Below are positions 48,701-58,018 of a stretch of DNA of 64,000 nt, piece after piece. Where the stretch lies: assembly GCA_963702845.1 (NCBI GenBank), contig OY969763.1, positions 2,752,001-2,816,000 of the forward strand. The letters run 5' to 3'. The first letter of the stretch is position 1. Each line of letters starts with the position of its first letter. The stretch comes from an uncultured Verrucomicrobiae bacterium. Lineage in GTDB: Bacteria; Verrucomicrobiota; Verrucomicrobiia; Limisphaerales; Palsa-1400. Both the position numbers and the translations under genes were made by a program. The notes under the pieces were generated by a model, which did no database searches, had not been told where the DNA came from, and was given only the letters and a program-made list of their open reading frames with translations.

Positions 48701-51230
48701 CCGCGCCAAGCGCGCTCAACATCACGTTCTGGCCGATGTTCACACCGGCAATCGATTGCGACCCGAACGATGCCGTTGGCGCGTCTGGAATCATAATGGT
48801 GCTGACGTAACTACCGTCAGTCTGGAACTGGTCGAGATAAAGCGTGTTTCCAGTGGTGTTGTTCAAACTTTGCGCGCCGTCACCTACTCGCGATACGATC
48901 AGATTGTTCGTCTGCAAGCGGATCAAATTCGTAACGACGTTCAACGTCGCGCTCGCGCTCGGACCTGTTCCAGCCGCGTTGCTGATCGTGACTGAATAAG
49001 TTCCAGCACTGCCAAGTTGGATATTTGCCAAATTCAGCGCGCTCGAGGTTTGACTTGGGATGGCCGTTCCGTTCTGTGACCACGTATATGAGAACGGGCC
49101 GGTGCCGGAAGCAGTTACTACAATAGCAAGATGGTCTCCGACGCGTTGGGTGCGCGTGGCGGGGAAAATAGAACTGATTGTCGCAGGCACAACCGCTGTG
49201 AAAACAGCATTGCTGCTGGTGACAACCTGGCCGCTCGGACCAGAAACAGTCACTGAATAGGTTCCTGAATCAGCGACAGTCGCAGTAGAAATAGTGAGAG
49301 TCGCTGCTGTCGAACCGGAAAGTGTCGAGCCATTTCCAGTGTCGCCGTTTGCTAAGGGAGTCGCTCCTTTGAACCACTGGTATGTCGGGGTCGGCGAGCC
49401 CGCCACCGTAACTGACAAATTGCCAGTCGTCCCCGCCGCAACGCTGGAGGAAACCGGCTGCGTAACAATGTAAGGGTCGTTAACCGTCAATGTTGCTGGG
49501 GAACTTGTGGCGGAATGCGGCTGCGAATCCCCGTGGTTGTTGGTTACGACGCAACTGTAACTGGTCTGGTCTGTATAAGCGACACTGCTCAACGTTAGTG
49601 TGGCGGTTTTTGTCCCAGTCACTGTGCCGCCGCCACCAGTTGGCGCGCCTTCAGCGAGGTTTACGCCATTGGCCTGCCATTGATAGCTAAACGGTGCCGT
49701 TCCACCGGCAATGATACTGAACCCAGCAGTCTGCCCGTAATTCACCGTGACATTCGTAGGCTGGCTCGTAACGACCGGATCTTGCACCACCAGAACCGCG
49801 TCGGAACTGGTCACTGAACCGCCCAAGGTATTGTTAACGACAACCGAGTAAGACGCCGAATCCGCAGTGGTGACATGTAAAAGTGTCAGCGTGGCGCTTT
49901 GCGACCCAACGATATGAGTCCCATTGTCGGCCAGATTGGAGCCGTTGATACGCCATTGATAAGTTATTCCTGTGCCATAAGCAGTAACACCAATGATGGC
50001 ATTTTGGCCTGTAGGAACATTTTGACTGGGAGGTTGCACGGCGATGTAAGGATCATTGACCGTGATCACCGCCACCGAACTGGTAATAGAAAAATTATTG
50101 ATCGGAGTGCTGGCAACGACCGAATAACTGTCGGCATCATGTGCCTGAGTTACGCCGGTAAGAGTCAAAACCGCCGTTTTTGCGCCGGACACATTCCCGC
50201 CGTTGCTCATTGGGGTTGCGCCCTTATACCACTGATAAGAAAGCGCCGTGCCGGAGGATGCCACACCGACTTTGATAACCGCGTTGCTCCCGGCGTTGAC
50301 GACCTGGTTTGTAGGCTGGTTAGTGATAGAGGCACCGCCGGTCACGTAAGCCCAGGTATCGCCAATACGAAATTCTCCGATGACAGTAGTCTTGGGAGCG
50401 GTCGTGAAGGCATTACCGAGCAAAAACCGAAAAATAGTTGGCGTGGCGCCAATCCCGTTTCCGTTAACAAACATTGTCGGTGCCGGTGCGGTTGCGGAAG
50501 CGAACGTTGTCGACGAAGGGTTGACCCAGCACGCGCCAGTCGCAGTGGCAGTGCTGGAATTGGTTATGTACTGCATCACGACAAAAACGACTTCATTGGT
50601 CGAGTGAGTCACAGGACTGCCGCCGGAAGTTTCGAACGAATAAGCGGTAGTGGAACTATTGGCGACGGCGAGTTGGTAGTGTTGGTTGTCGGCGCCTTGT
50701 CTCAACGCAAGCTTTCCAGCGAGTGAGGACGGAGTATTTGCCTGAGAAGTATTGCCGTTGTTGGCGTCATTGAACGCAGTGACCCAGGGAAGGGCACTTG
50801 TTGCCGTAGACGCGGGGAGCGAACTGGCGTCGGCGACTTGAAGGAGATAGGATACAAAAACGTTGGTGAATCCCCCGCTCCCTTTTTGAATCACTAAACC
50901 CGCGCCCGGCGCGTTGACATTTGTCAACACCACGGCTTTGCCGGAAGGCGCTGGAAACCCAGCGGGGAAACCGCCGTAAGTAAGATTGCTGTTGGCAACT
51001 CTCACAAAATTGGCACCGGGACTTGTGGTGGTATTAATCCCGAACCAAATATCGCCGTTAATGTTAGTTTGGCCGCCCACGTTGGGGGAATTGGTTCCGC
51101 CTAGAGGCGAGCCGGCGAGATACAAACTTCCACCGCCAGCGCTAGCATCAGAAAATTGGTCAAACGTTGGGTAACAAACCGCGACTGAAGCGGAGCTTAA
51201 CAGCAGTGATAGGATAAATAATTTCTTCAT
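45738..51230 (-). CDS. giant secreted immunoglobulin-repeat surface protein (1830 aa)
   Basis: signal peptide, Ig repeats, two RVGDG domains, C-terminal GSTN...W...FTDTN...FY domain. Confidence 0.9.
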   Translation of the reverse strand: MKKLFILSLLLSSASVAVCYPTFDQFSDASAGGGSLYLAGSPLGGTNSPNVGGQTNINGDIWFGINTTTSPGANFVRVANSNLTYGGFPAGFPAPSGKAVVLTNVNAPGAGLVIQKGSGGFTNVFVSYLLQVADASSLPASTATSALPWVTAFNDANNGNTSQANTPSSLAGKLALRQGADNQHYQLAVANSSTTAYSFETSGGSPVTHSTNEVVFVVMQYITNSSTATATGACWVNPSSTTFASATAPAPTMFVNGNGIGATPTIFRFLLGNAFTTAPKTTVIGEFRIGDTWAYVTGGASITNQPTNQVVNAGSNAVIKVGVASSGTALSYQWYKGATPMSNGGNVSGAKTAVLTLTGVTQAHDADSYSVVASTPINNFSITSSVAVITVNDPYIAVQPPSQNVPTGQNAIIGVTAYGTGITYQWRINGSNLADNGTHIVGSQSATLTLLHVTTADSASYSVVVNNTLGGSVTSSDAVLVVQDPVVTSQPTNVTVNYGQTAGFSIIAGGTAPFSYQWQANGVNLAEGAPTGGGGTVTGTKTATLTLSSVAYTDQTSYSCVVTNNHGDSQPHSATSSPATLTVNDPYIVTQPVSSSVAAGTTGNLSVTVAGSPTPTYQWFKGATPLANGDTGNGSTLSGSTAATLTISTATVADSGTYSVTVSGPSGQVVTSSNAVFTAVVPATISSIFPATRTQRVGDHLAIVVTASGTGPFSYTWSQNGTAIPSQTSSALNLANIQLGSAGTYSVTISNAAGTGPSASATLNVVTNLIRLQTNNLIVSRVGDGAQSLNNTTGNTLYLDQFQTDGSYVSTIMIPDAPTASFGSQSIAGVNIGQNVMLSALGAGADAFYENVLTRSANQQYLNFAAYNVSIPAVANPINGTADIRGIGAVNAIGYYQLAYTNFGLYSGGSQFIRSAVSDDGLVDFWTTGAASSGGLKYVQVGVASYATGSGVPGLSGSGPGTRVVDIVGGNVVFTDSTNNIGLNAFNGLPKPTSGTVASTLVLNQGGSPVDFAASPDLQTIYIADDRVYDGTQAGGIQRWDTNSASGGWTYSYTLASGAGTNGASCMTVDFSANTVWGPGVNGAIIYATTSGKNNSLVKIVDNGSGSAASVLTAAGPNQILRGVRFGPVAVPIQITTQPQTQTNFVAQTVSLSVAATGDAPFSYQWKKNGVNLSGATDSVLSITNAQTSDSGSYSVVVSDPLPSGATSQVAVVSVIAAPPVVLTPLQSRVETAGDHMAFTVVALGTPPFTYSWTKNGSPISGTNNVLALSNIQTSDSGTYAVRITTPNGSVTNSATLTVTSGLQNLYPTNIVAVRVGDGSQGLSSFTGNTIYLDQFKPNGTYVNTIMIPDTLPNALIGAGGSDALTENVMTLSQNASYLNLSGFNVSQPYNGPTGVGYGNGNAGTVRGMAAVDAYGAYSLAITNVGLYNASTQFRCAVSSDGISQFWTTGSASTVAGMKYLHNGGATTAIAGGLSGTRVVDITPHGNLAFTDVGDNGMTGLNALTGLPNTTATPTLVINVGPTASPNDFSISPDVATVYIADDENYTTGAGYGGIERWDNVGGTYVLSYTLATGGNSLGGARCIVVDYSASGSWGPSVNGAVIYATTSEASTNRIVRIVDNGPGSTGTVLAAAGPNQLYRGMRFGPGPAGVTIVTPPQNVTAGVGTSATFTVSAAGGPFTYQWQRNGNPLTDGPSPSGTGAIISGSTSAVLTVSHVAVGDSSDNFSVIVSNPNPSGSATSTAGALTVVFSQFGGGGTSPVVVNPDKTVQLNFSGTAGSSYRVWGSTNVALKPITSTWTLLANGAFTGGADSFTDTNAPAFKQQFYTITIP

Positions 51231-51277
51231 AGGGTCAAAAGGGTATGTGTAGTGATGAAAAAAATTAGGGTAATGAG

Positions 51278-52150
51278 TTACAAGCCAGAAGTTGTGTTCA
51301 GGGAAACAGTTGTATGTTCAACAATCCAAATTGCGTCGGGATTGTTCGGGACGCTTTTAGGAGTTGCATTCCAAAATGCCTGAGTTTGCCAATGTTTTCC
51401 TTCAACATGGCCGTCAGCGAAAGAAAAGCCGCAGGTCTTACCGTGGGTGCTGCTTGGCCAATCCTGGACGGTGAGACTGCCGTAATTGGCCGGGAGGTAC
51501 ATCAACACCTCGAAGAAATCGTCGTTAATCGAACTCGGTAGTTCATCGACAAACACAAATGAATCGGACGGTTTGCGAATCTGGGTGATTTTGTCGTACC
51601 ACCAAAATTGGTTCGAATTGATACTGCCAGGATTGCCATAGCCATGCATGTAGTTGTTCATGGAGATACTGCGAACGCGGAATGTGCCGGCTGGATTGCC
51701 CGGATCAGCGGGGCATCGGTAAGCGTTCACGTTCTTGATCCATGGTCCCAACAGTGATTGTTTGAGAATGTCTGCATTCTGCGCCTGCGGCAGAGTGTCA
51801 ACCCGGCCCCAGGCCCAGCAGCTATTTGTCGTATTGTTTATCCACGGCAGTTGATTGAAACCGACATTGGGCACCAATTGTTGACGGTACTCATCAGCGT
51901 AGATAATCCACGCAAGCTGGCACTGCTTGAGGTTGTTTTTGCAGTAGGTGAGCTGTGCTTTGCGTTTAGCGTTGGCCAGCGTGGGAAGGAGCATCGAGGC
52001 CAGAATTGCGATGATTGCAATAACAACGAGTAACTCAATGAGGGTGAAACCTTCTAACCGGGCGATGCGTATCAGTCGCATATTTGACAAGGAAATGGGC
52101 TTAGAGCGAAGGTGCCCAGCCGCAGATGGATTGTCAATTAGTTTTTTCAC
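51278..52150 (-). CDS. prepilin-type N-terminal cleavage/methylation protein with H-X9-DG domain
   Basis: [46 protein letters not shown]; true start may be 52081. Confidence 0.92.
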   Translation of the reverse strand: MKKLIDNPSAAGHLRSKPISLSNMRLIRIARLEGFTLIELLVVIAIIAILASMLLPTLANAKRKAQLTYCKNNLKQCQLAWIIYADEYRQQLVPNVGFNQLPWINNTTNSCWAWGRVDTLPQAQNADILKQSLLGPWIKNVNAYRCPADPGNPAGTFRVRSISMNNYMHGYGNPGSINSNQFWWYDKITQIRKPSDSFVFVDELPSSINDDFFEVLMYLPANYGSLTVQDWPSSTHGKTCGFSFADGHVEGKHWQTQAFWNATPKSVPNNPDAIWIVEHTTVSLNTTSGL

Positions 52151-52239
52151 TTTCGAAATAAATAGCTTTTTGAAAGCTATTTTAATTAAGTAATACGGGT
52201 CTGGGTTCTTTTTAGGGTTAGTTACCTAATCGCAATTTT

Positions 52240-53454
52240 TTACTTCGCCAATGGTTTCCACTCATGCACGGCGAGCGCCGCCGCACCAAGGGCGCCGTTA
52301 AAGGTTCCCAAGGTTGAATTGACCACTCTCGGAGGACCCGCCAAAGGCGCGAATGTCGCCAATTGTGTGTTCAAACGGTCGAGAAACTGGTCTCCAAAGG
52401 CGGTCAAACCGCCGGCGAGAATGATGATTTCGGGGTTGAATGCGCAGCTCAACTGGTTGAGTGCCAGGCCAAAAGTCTGAGCAGCACCATCAAGCACGGC
52501 GAGGACTTCGCGATCGCCCGCTTGCGCGGCCAAAACGAGTTCTTTGATGGGGACGTCGTTGCTCGGGTGAGCAGGCGCAGTTCCGGCCCGACGCGAATTT
52601 ACGACGGCAGCGAAGGAAGCGATTTCCTCCAGACGCCCAAAACCGGCGTTGCCGGAGTGGCCGTTCGTTTTCGTCAATGCACAGGGCCACTCACCAATTT
52701 CACCAGCGCGATTGTGGCCGCCTTGCAGGACTTCGCCGTTGACGATAATACCAGCGCCGACGCCGCTGCGAATGCCGAGGCAAATAAAATTGGATAGTCC
52801 CCTGCCCTGTCCGAACCACAGTTCGGCGAGGGCCATGGTGCGGATGTTGTTTTCGAGGAATACAGGAACTTTAAATTTGTCGTTAAGGCGCTGGACCAAT
52901 GGGACGTTTTCCCAACCCTTGATGTGTTTGTATTTTTTGGCAACGCCGGTGGCTGGATCGATGACGCCGGGAACGCCAACGCCAATGGCCAGCAACGGCC
53001 TCGGGTCGTCCAGAGCAACTTCCTGAATCGCACATTCGATCTTGCGGAGAATATCTTCTACTGAATCTGATCGAGCAATGGTGCCGTGAAATTCTTTGAC
53101 CGGTTTTTGGGAAAAGTCGACCGAAACGGCCATGATATTGCGCGCTTCGAAATCGACGCCGATGAAGCGTCCCCCGTGAGGATTCAGTGCGAGAATAGTG
53201 GGGGGTCGGCCAGACTCCCGTTCGGTGGCTTTGCCTTCGAAAAGATACCCTTCTTCAACAAGGTGATCGACATAGATACCAACCGTGGAGGGGGCGAGAT
53301 TCAGCCCGCGTGCGAGTTCCACTCGAGACAACCCTTCACGAGTACGCACGCGACGGAGCAAGTCGGCCTGCTGCAACGCTATGCTGCCGTGCTTGATCTT
53401 GAAACGCCCCATCCGGCGTGTGCGCTCGTTTTTTGATTTGATCACTGGAGCCAT
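52240..53454 (-). CDS. ROK family transcriptional regulator (NagC/XylR-like)
   Basis: HTH SRVELARGLNLAPSTV, GRPP, GVGVPG, ENNIR..ALAE..FG, GEIG; start moved from the ORF track position 53841. Confidence 0.92.
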   Translation of the reverse strand: MAPVIKSKNERTRRMGRFKIKHGSIALQQADLLRRVRTREGLSRVELARGLNLAPSTVGIYVDHLVEEGYLFEGKATERESGRPPTILALNPHGGRFIGVDFEARNIMAVSVDFSQKPVKEFHGTIARSDSVEDILRKIECAIQEVALDDPRPLLAIGVGVPGVIDPATGVAKKYKHIKGWENVPLVQRLNDKFKVPVFLENNIRTMALAELWFGQGRGLSNFICLGIRSGVGAGIIVNGEVLQGGHNRAGEIGEWPCALTKTNGHSGNAGFGRLEEIASFAAVVNSRRAGTAPAHPSNDVPIKELVLAAQAGDREVLAVLDGAAQTFGLALNQLSCAFNPEIIILAGGLTAFGDQFLDRLNTQLATFAPLAGPPRVVNSTLGTFNGALGAAALAVHEWKPLAK

Positions 53455-53458
53455 ATAA

Positions 53459-54253
53459 TCACAAACCCGTTGGGGGCCAAAGACTACATTTGTCTCCAGC
53501 CTGCTGTCCTGAATCTCCGGTCCCGCGGGCGGAATCGGGGTAATCGCACCACAAATTGCCGGCGTAATTCGTCGTATCGCGCAGGAACTGGAAGACTTGA
53601 TAAAACTCCACGTGCCCGTCAAACGCCGTAATGATGCATCCCTTCTTACTGTGAAAAGTCCCCGGGCCTTCACCTGTTTTCGGCGTGCTGCTTGCGTCAT
53701 TCCAATTGCCCGGCTTTGTGGGGTCAGGTTCCCACATGCAAAATGCAGTCGCAGGTTTGAAGTCGCCCAACCGATGCGTTCCGGCCAAACCCGACCCAGC
53801 AATCGCCTGGGGCTTGGAATGCCACCCCATAACCGCGCCATTCATCACGTAAGTAGATAGCCGATTGCCGCGGGTCGCCCAAAGCGTGTTATTCGTTGCG
53901 TCTGCCGGACACTGGTAAACCTTGTAATTCCTTGTGTAGGCAATTAATTGCCCGCCGCTATAGGCTAATTGAGGTGGAGCAGACGGAACGGGTGGCGCGT
54001 TGTTGCTTGGCGCATAAAGCCAGCCGGGGTTGGCTGTTCCCCAATTCGGCCAAACCATGCGATCCCGGTAATCTCCCGAATACATAGTGAAGGACACGGA
54101 AATCTGTTTGCAATTGTTTCGGCATTGGGTTGCCAACGCGCTCTGTTTAGCCCTGGCTAAAGCAGGCAACAACATCGATGCAAGAATGGCAATAATTGCG
54201 ATAACCACCAACAATTCGATTAGTGTAAAACCAGTTTTTTTGTGGGTAGGCAT
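53459..54253 (-). CDS. prepilin-type N-terminal cleavage/methylation protein (H-X10-DG variant)
   Basis: [47 protein letters not shown]. Confidence 0.92.
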   Translation of the reverse strand: MPTHKKTGFTLIELLVVIAIIAILASMLLPALARAKQSALATQCRNNCKQISVSFTMYSGDYRDRMVWPNWGTANPGWLYAPSNNAPPVPSAPPQLAYSGGQLIAYTRNYKVYQCPADATNNTLWATRGNRLSTYVMNGAVMGWHSKPQAIAGSGLAGTHRLGDFKPATAFCMWEPDPTKPGNWNDASSTPKTGEGPGTFHSKKGCIITAFDGHVEFYQVFQFLRDTTNYAGNLWCDYPDSARGTGDSGQQAGDKCSLWPPTGL

Positions 54254-54329
54254 GCGCTTTAGACGACTTAATTGGGATACTTTCTACGGTGATACGCCGA
54301 TTTCAAAAAAAGTCAATTAGACAACGCCC

Positions 54330-56675
54330 TTATTGTTTGGCGACGTCGGAATGGCGGACATGCAGGAGCACGGGAAGGGAGGTCGGGTTACCAGCTTGTT
54401 TTGCCTGGATGTAGAAGAGACGGTCGGTGTCAGACACCCACTTGGCTGCTTTCAGGAAAATCTGACGGTGGGTTTCGTTGGCGGGAATGAGCACGCCGCT
54501 CAAACCGATGTTATCGACGATGACGCCGTGCGGAAGATTTTCGGCGGTGAAGGTGGCAATATCGTCAAAGCCCGTGCGCCGCACTTTCAACCAAACCGGG
54601 ATAATCTGGCCCGGCGCGATTGTGATATCCTGCGGCGGATCGGCAATCGTGCGAACGACGAAGTTAGTGGAGGACTCGGAGTAAGGTTCGGCAGCGACGA
54701 TCATTTGCGCCTTGTCACCAATTTTGATTTTTTCGAAGCGGTTGACGTCTTTAACCATTACCTTCCCGGCGACCTTGGTTTTGGCGGTAACTTTCAATTG
54801 CGCCAGTGTTTCAGGCTTCGGTTCAACGGCATTTGTCGCGGCATTGATTGTTCCGCGCGCTTCCAAATGGCCGGCCTGAATTGTTAACGGTGTCGAAACT
54901 TTGAAACCGGCGGGTACGTTTTGGAAGTCGATGACAATGTCGTTGTCAAAGCCGTCAATGCGATCGACTGCGACCGAGAATTGCTGACCGGAGCCCGGGC
55001 TGATCGTCGGACTCGTCTCTTTCAAAGTCACTTTGAAATCCGGGCGCGATTCGCGGACGGTCAGGCGATAGGCGAATCGTTCGCCATAATAACCGCGCGT
55101 GTCGGTAACCCGCACAAGATATTCGCCATCGGCGGGGGCAACAAACTGCAATCGTGAATCTGTGCCGAGTTCCCGCTCACCGTCATCGTCATTGGCGTAA
55201 AGGATCGGAAATACCGGCAGACCGTTTGCCACGAGCTTTTCTCCAGAGGGGTGAGCCTCGACGATATAACAAGGCGCGTCCAAGGCATGCGCTGACGCGC
55301 TGCTGTCAAAGTAATCGCGTCGCTTACCGCCAGATTGATACAACTGAAAACCAGAGTCGGGACCCTCCGGCATCCGGAAGATTTTGCAAACCTCGCCGCC
55401 CATATATAGATACTGGTTCAACTCCATTTCCTGCCAGTTCTCGACCCGAATGTCTGGTGAGCGTGAATCGATATCCTTGAAAGTGATGGCTGAATCTCGA
55501 ACGGCCTGCAGTTGGACGCGCTCCACTGGCTTGCCGTCGCCATATAAGACTTCGATTTTCGTATCGATCGGCGAACCGCGACGGCTTGCATCCGTCTCGA
55601 TGATGAGTGACTGCCCTGCTGCGGCTTTGAAACGGTATAAATCGGCATCGCTACCACTCGCAGACCAGATACGACCAGAAATGGTTCCGGGCACTGGAAT
55701 TTGAGTTGCCTGACTCGGCGTGTCGTTTGGTTCAACTTCGACCAACTCGGGCCCGTCTGTCGCAAGGAGTTTCAAGCTACGGCGCACTCGAAATTTTGCC
55801 ATGTCGACCGGCAGGTCCATCTCGCCCGCTTTCGTCGGTTTTACGTGCACCTTGGCTTCGTGCAGGTTGTAGCCGATGAGTTGAATGTCGTGGTCCTGGT
55901 TGACGGCGGTGCTCAACGGATACATGCCGACGACCACCGGCAATTCACCAATGGTCAAACGATAGGTATGCTCTGGAGAACCGGTTGCGGTTGTGTCTTT
56001 GATTTGAACCTTGTAACGGCCGGTCTTCGGTGCAGTGAAAGCGATCAATGGTTCAGGGCCGTCGAAACCGCTGTTCGCCTCAATCAACGTTCCATGCGGA
56101 TCAAATAAAGCGATCATGGCGTCGGCTTTGGAGCCGATGCTCGTCGTGCTCAAATCCAGAACCAACGATTGCCCTGCCCGCGCTTCGAATTGCACTTCGT
56201 CGAGATTGCCCGCGGGATTGATTGCTCCCCAATAGGCGACGGGAAGCTTCAGCGTTTTGGTGTTAGTCACCTCTTGCGCCTGGGGAATATCGTCGACGTA
56301 TAGTTTTACCTTGGCGCTTTCACCCTTCGCGTTCACGACCGAGATATCGTAAGCGCCACGGTGTAAATCTGAAGCAGCTTTGACCATGATCCACGCTTCG
56401 GTGGTATCTTCATCTGATTCGCCGTCGAGTTTCGCGACGAGATTTGAGTTGCCTGTTTTTACTTCGGTGAGATCAACGAAATTGGTGCCGATTAATCTGA
56501 CGCGTGTTTCGATTCCGTTCTGAACACCACGAGGTTCAAAGCGTGTGATGTCCGGTTTTTCGCCGATAACTTTCGGCTTCTGCATCTTTTTTGCTTTCTT
56601 CGGTGCAGCTATCGCCACAGAGCCGATCGCGCAAACGAGCAGCAGCAGCAAAACGTATTTCAAAGCTCGCAACAT
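54330..56675 (-). CDS. PPC (pre-peptidase C-terminal) domain protein of the DUF1501 cluster
   Basis: signal peptide, EVEPNDT, DADLYRF, GSPIDT, YRLTV repeats. Confidence 0.8.
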   Translation of the reverse strand: MLRALKYVLLLLLVCAIGSVAIAAPKKAKKMQKPKVIGEKPDITRFEPRGVQNGIETRVRLIGTNFVDLTEVKTGNSNLVAKLDGESDEDTTEAWIMVKAASDLHRGAYDISVVNAKGESAKVKLYVDDIPQAQEVTNTKTLKLPVAYWGAINPAGNLDEVQFEARAGQSLVLDLSTTSIGSKADAMIALFDPHGTLIEANSGFDGPEPLIAFTAPKTGRYKVQIKDTTATGSPEHTYRLTIGELPVVVGMYPLSTAVNQDHDIQLIGYNLHEAKVHVKPTKAGEMDLPVDMAKFRVRRSLKLLATDGPELVEVEPNDTPSQATQIPVPGTISGRIWSASGSDADLYRFKAAAGQSLIIETDASRRGSPIDTKIEVLYGDGKPVERVQLQAVRDSAITFKDIDSRSPDIRVENWQEMELNQYLYMGGEVCKIFRMPEGPDSGFQLYQSGGKRRDYFDSSASAHALDAPCYIVEAHPSGEKLVANGLPVFPILYANDDDGERELGTDSRLQFVAPADGEYLVRVTDTRGYYGERFAYRLTVRESRPDFKVTLKETSPTISPGSGQQFSVAVDRIDGFDNDIVIDFQNVPAGFKVSTPLTIQAGHLEARGTINAATNAVEPKPETLAQLKVTAKTKVAGKVMVKDVNRFEKIKIGDKAQMIVAAEPYSESSTNFVVRTIADPPQDITIAPGQIIPVWLKVRRTGFDDIATFTAENLPHGVIVDNIGLSGVLIPANETHRQIFLKAAKWVSDTDRLFYIQAKQAGNPTSLPVLLHVRHSDVAKQ

Positions 56676-56676
56676 A

Positions 56677-58017
56677 TTATTTCTTTGAAAGCTTCGCGTT
56701 GTGGTCGGTTGAGATATGAATATCCAGAGGCTTGCCACTGAGATCATAGAACGCAACGGTGCCATCCAGTCGGCCTAAAGCGATTTTGTCGGAGGAAACG
56801 AAATCCAAGGCAGGAGCCCAGTCAGGTTGTTTTTCGAGCAGGACGCGTTCGCGCATGCCGCTGAAGTTCCAAATTTTGACGGTGCGATCGTCGGCCGTGG
56901 AAGCGAGCACCTGCCCGTCGGAGGAAAACGCGAGGTGCAGGATGGCGCCCTCGTGCGCGAACTTGGATTCGAGGATGGGATTGGTCGTCTCCGCCGCGTT
57001 GTCGCTGATCTGCCAGGTGCGAATGCGGCTATCAACGCCGCCGGCCACGAGTTTCTTGCCGTCGGGAGTGAAGGCGACGGTGTACACATCCTTCAAGGGT
57101 TGCGAGAGCGTGTCGCGGCGATTACCGGTCGCGACGTCCCAAAGTTTTACGGTTCGATCACCACTCGCGCTGGCAAGGATTTTGCCGTCTGGTCGAAACG
57201 CCAGGCCATAAACGCAGCCGTTATGGCCTGATAACGTTTTGAGTTCCTTGCCAGTCACGACATCCCACAGCTTGATTTTTTGGTCGTAGCTGCCGCTGGC
57301 CAGAATTTTTCCGTCAGGTGAAAGCGCGATTGAATAGATGGCGTCCTTGTGTCCCTTCAAAGTTCGGACGAGGGAACCATCAGCAACCTTCCAGATTTTT
57401 ATTTCGCCGAAACGCGAGTCCTCACCGGCGGCGGCGTAGATACGATGTCCGTGAGCTGAAGCGACCAATGCATTGACGTTGCCGTGGTGCCCCGAAAGTG
57501 TGCGAATCAACGAACCGTTTTCCACGGAACACAACTGAACTTCGCCGTAGCGTCCTAACGCAAAGAGCGAAGAATTCGGGATATGCACAATCGCATTCAC
57601 TGGATTGCGCGGCGCGACCTTTGGTTTGATTTCAGGAACGTTGAGCTCTTTAACGATTGCTGCCGCTGGTGGTTTTGCGCCCGCATCGATCCATGCTTTG
57701 ATCGCGGCGATTTCTTCAAGGTCGAGCTTTTTGCGTTTCTTCGGCGGCATGACGAGCGTCTTGCCGTCCTTGCTGGTTTTGCCCTCGACCATTTTTACCA
57801 ACAAACTGTCACTGCTTTTACCCGGCACAATGGCGGCGCCGTTCTCGCCGCCCTTCATCAAGCCTTCGTAGTTTTCCAAAACGAGTTTCGCTTCGGGTTC
57901 TTTGGATTCGTGGCAATCGAGGCAGTATTTGGAAAAGATAGCGTCGACGGCGACGTAATCCGGAGCCGCCACCGCAGATAGCGCAAGACTGAACAAAAAT
58001 AAAAACGCTGCGCGCAT
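56677..58017 (-). CDS. planctomycete cytochrome c domain plus WD40 repeat protein
   Basis: CLDCH, MPP, IKAWIDAGA, then GH...SPDG..LASGS.D..IKLWD repeats. Confidence 0.9.
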   Translation of the reverse strand: MRAAFLFLFSLALSAVAAPDYVAVDAIFSKYCLDCHESKEPEAKLVLENYEGLMKGGENGAAIVPGKSSDSLLVKMVEGKTSKDGKTLVMPPKKRKKLDLEEIAAIKAWIDAGAKPPAAAIVKELNVPEIKPKVAPRNPVNAIVHIPNSSLFALGRYGEVQLCSVENGSLIRTLSGHHGNVNALVASAHGHRIYAAAGEDSRFGEIKIWKVADGSLVRTLKGHKDAIYSIALSPDGKILASGSYDQKIKLWDVVTGKELKTLSGHNGCVYGLAFRPDGKILASASGDRTVKLWDVATGNRRDTLSQPLKDVYTVAFTPDGKKLVAGGVDSRIRTWQISDNAAETTNPILESKFAHEGAILHLAFSSDGQVLASTADDRTVKIWNFSGMRERVLLEKQPDWAPALDFVSSDKIALGRLDGTVAFYDLSGKPLDIHISTDHNAKLSKK

Positions 58018-58018
58018 A

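Noticed and set aside
53455..53841. 129-aa N-terminal extension of the ROK regulator in the ORF track
   Set aside because: It overlaps the prepilin-like gene in another frame and does not look like a real protein sequence; an ATG at 53454 follows that gene's stop
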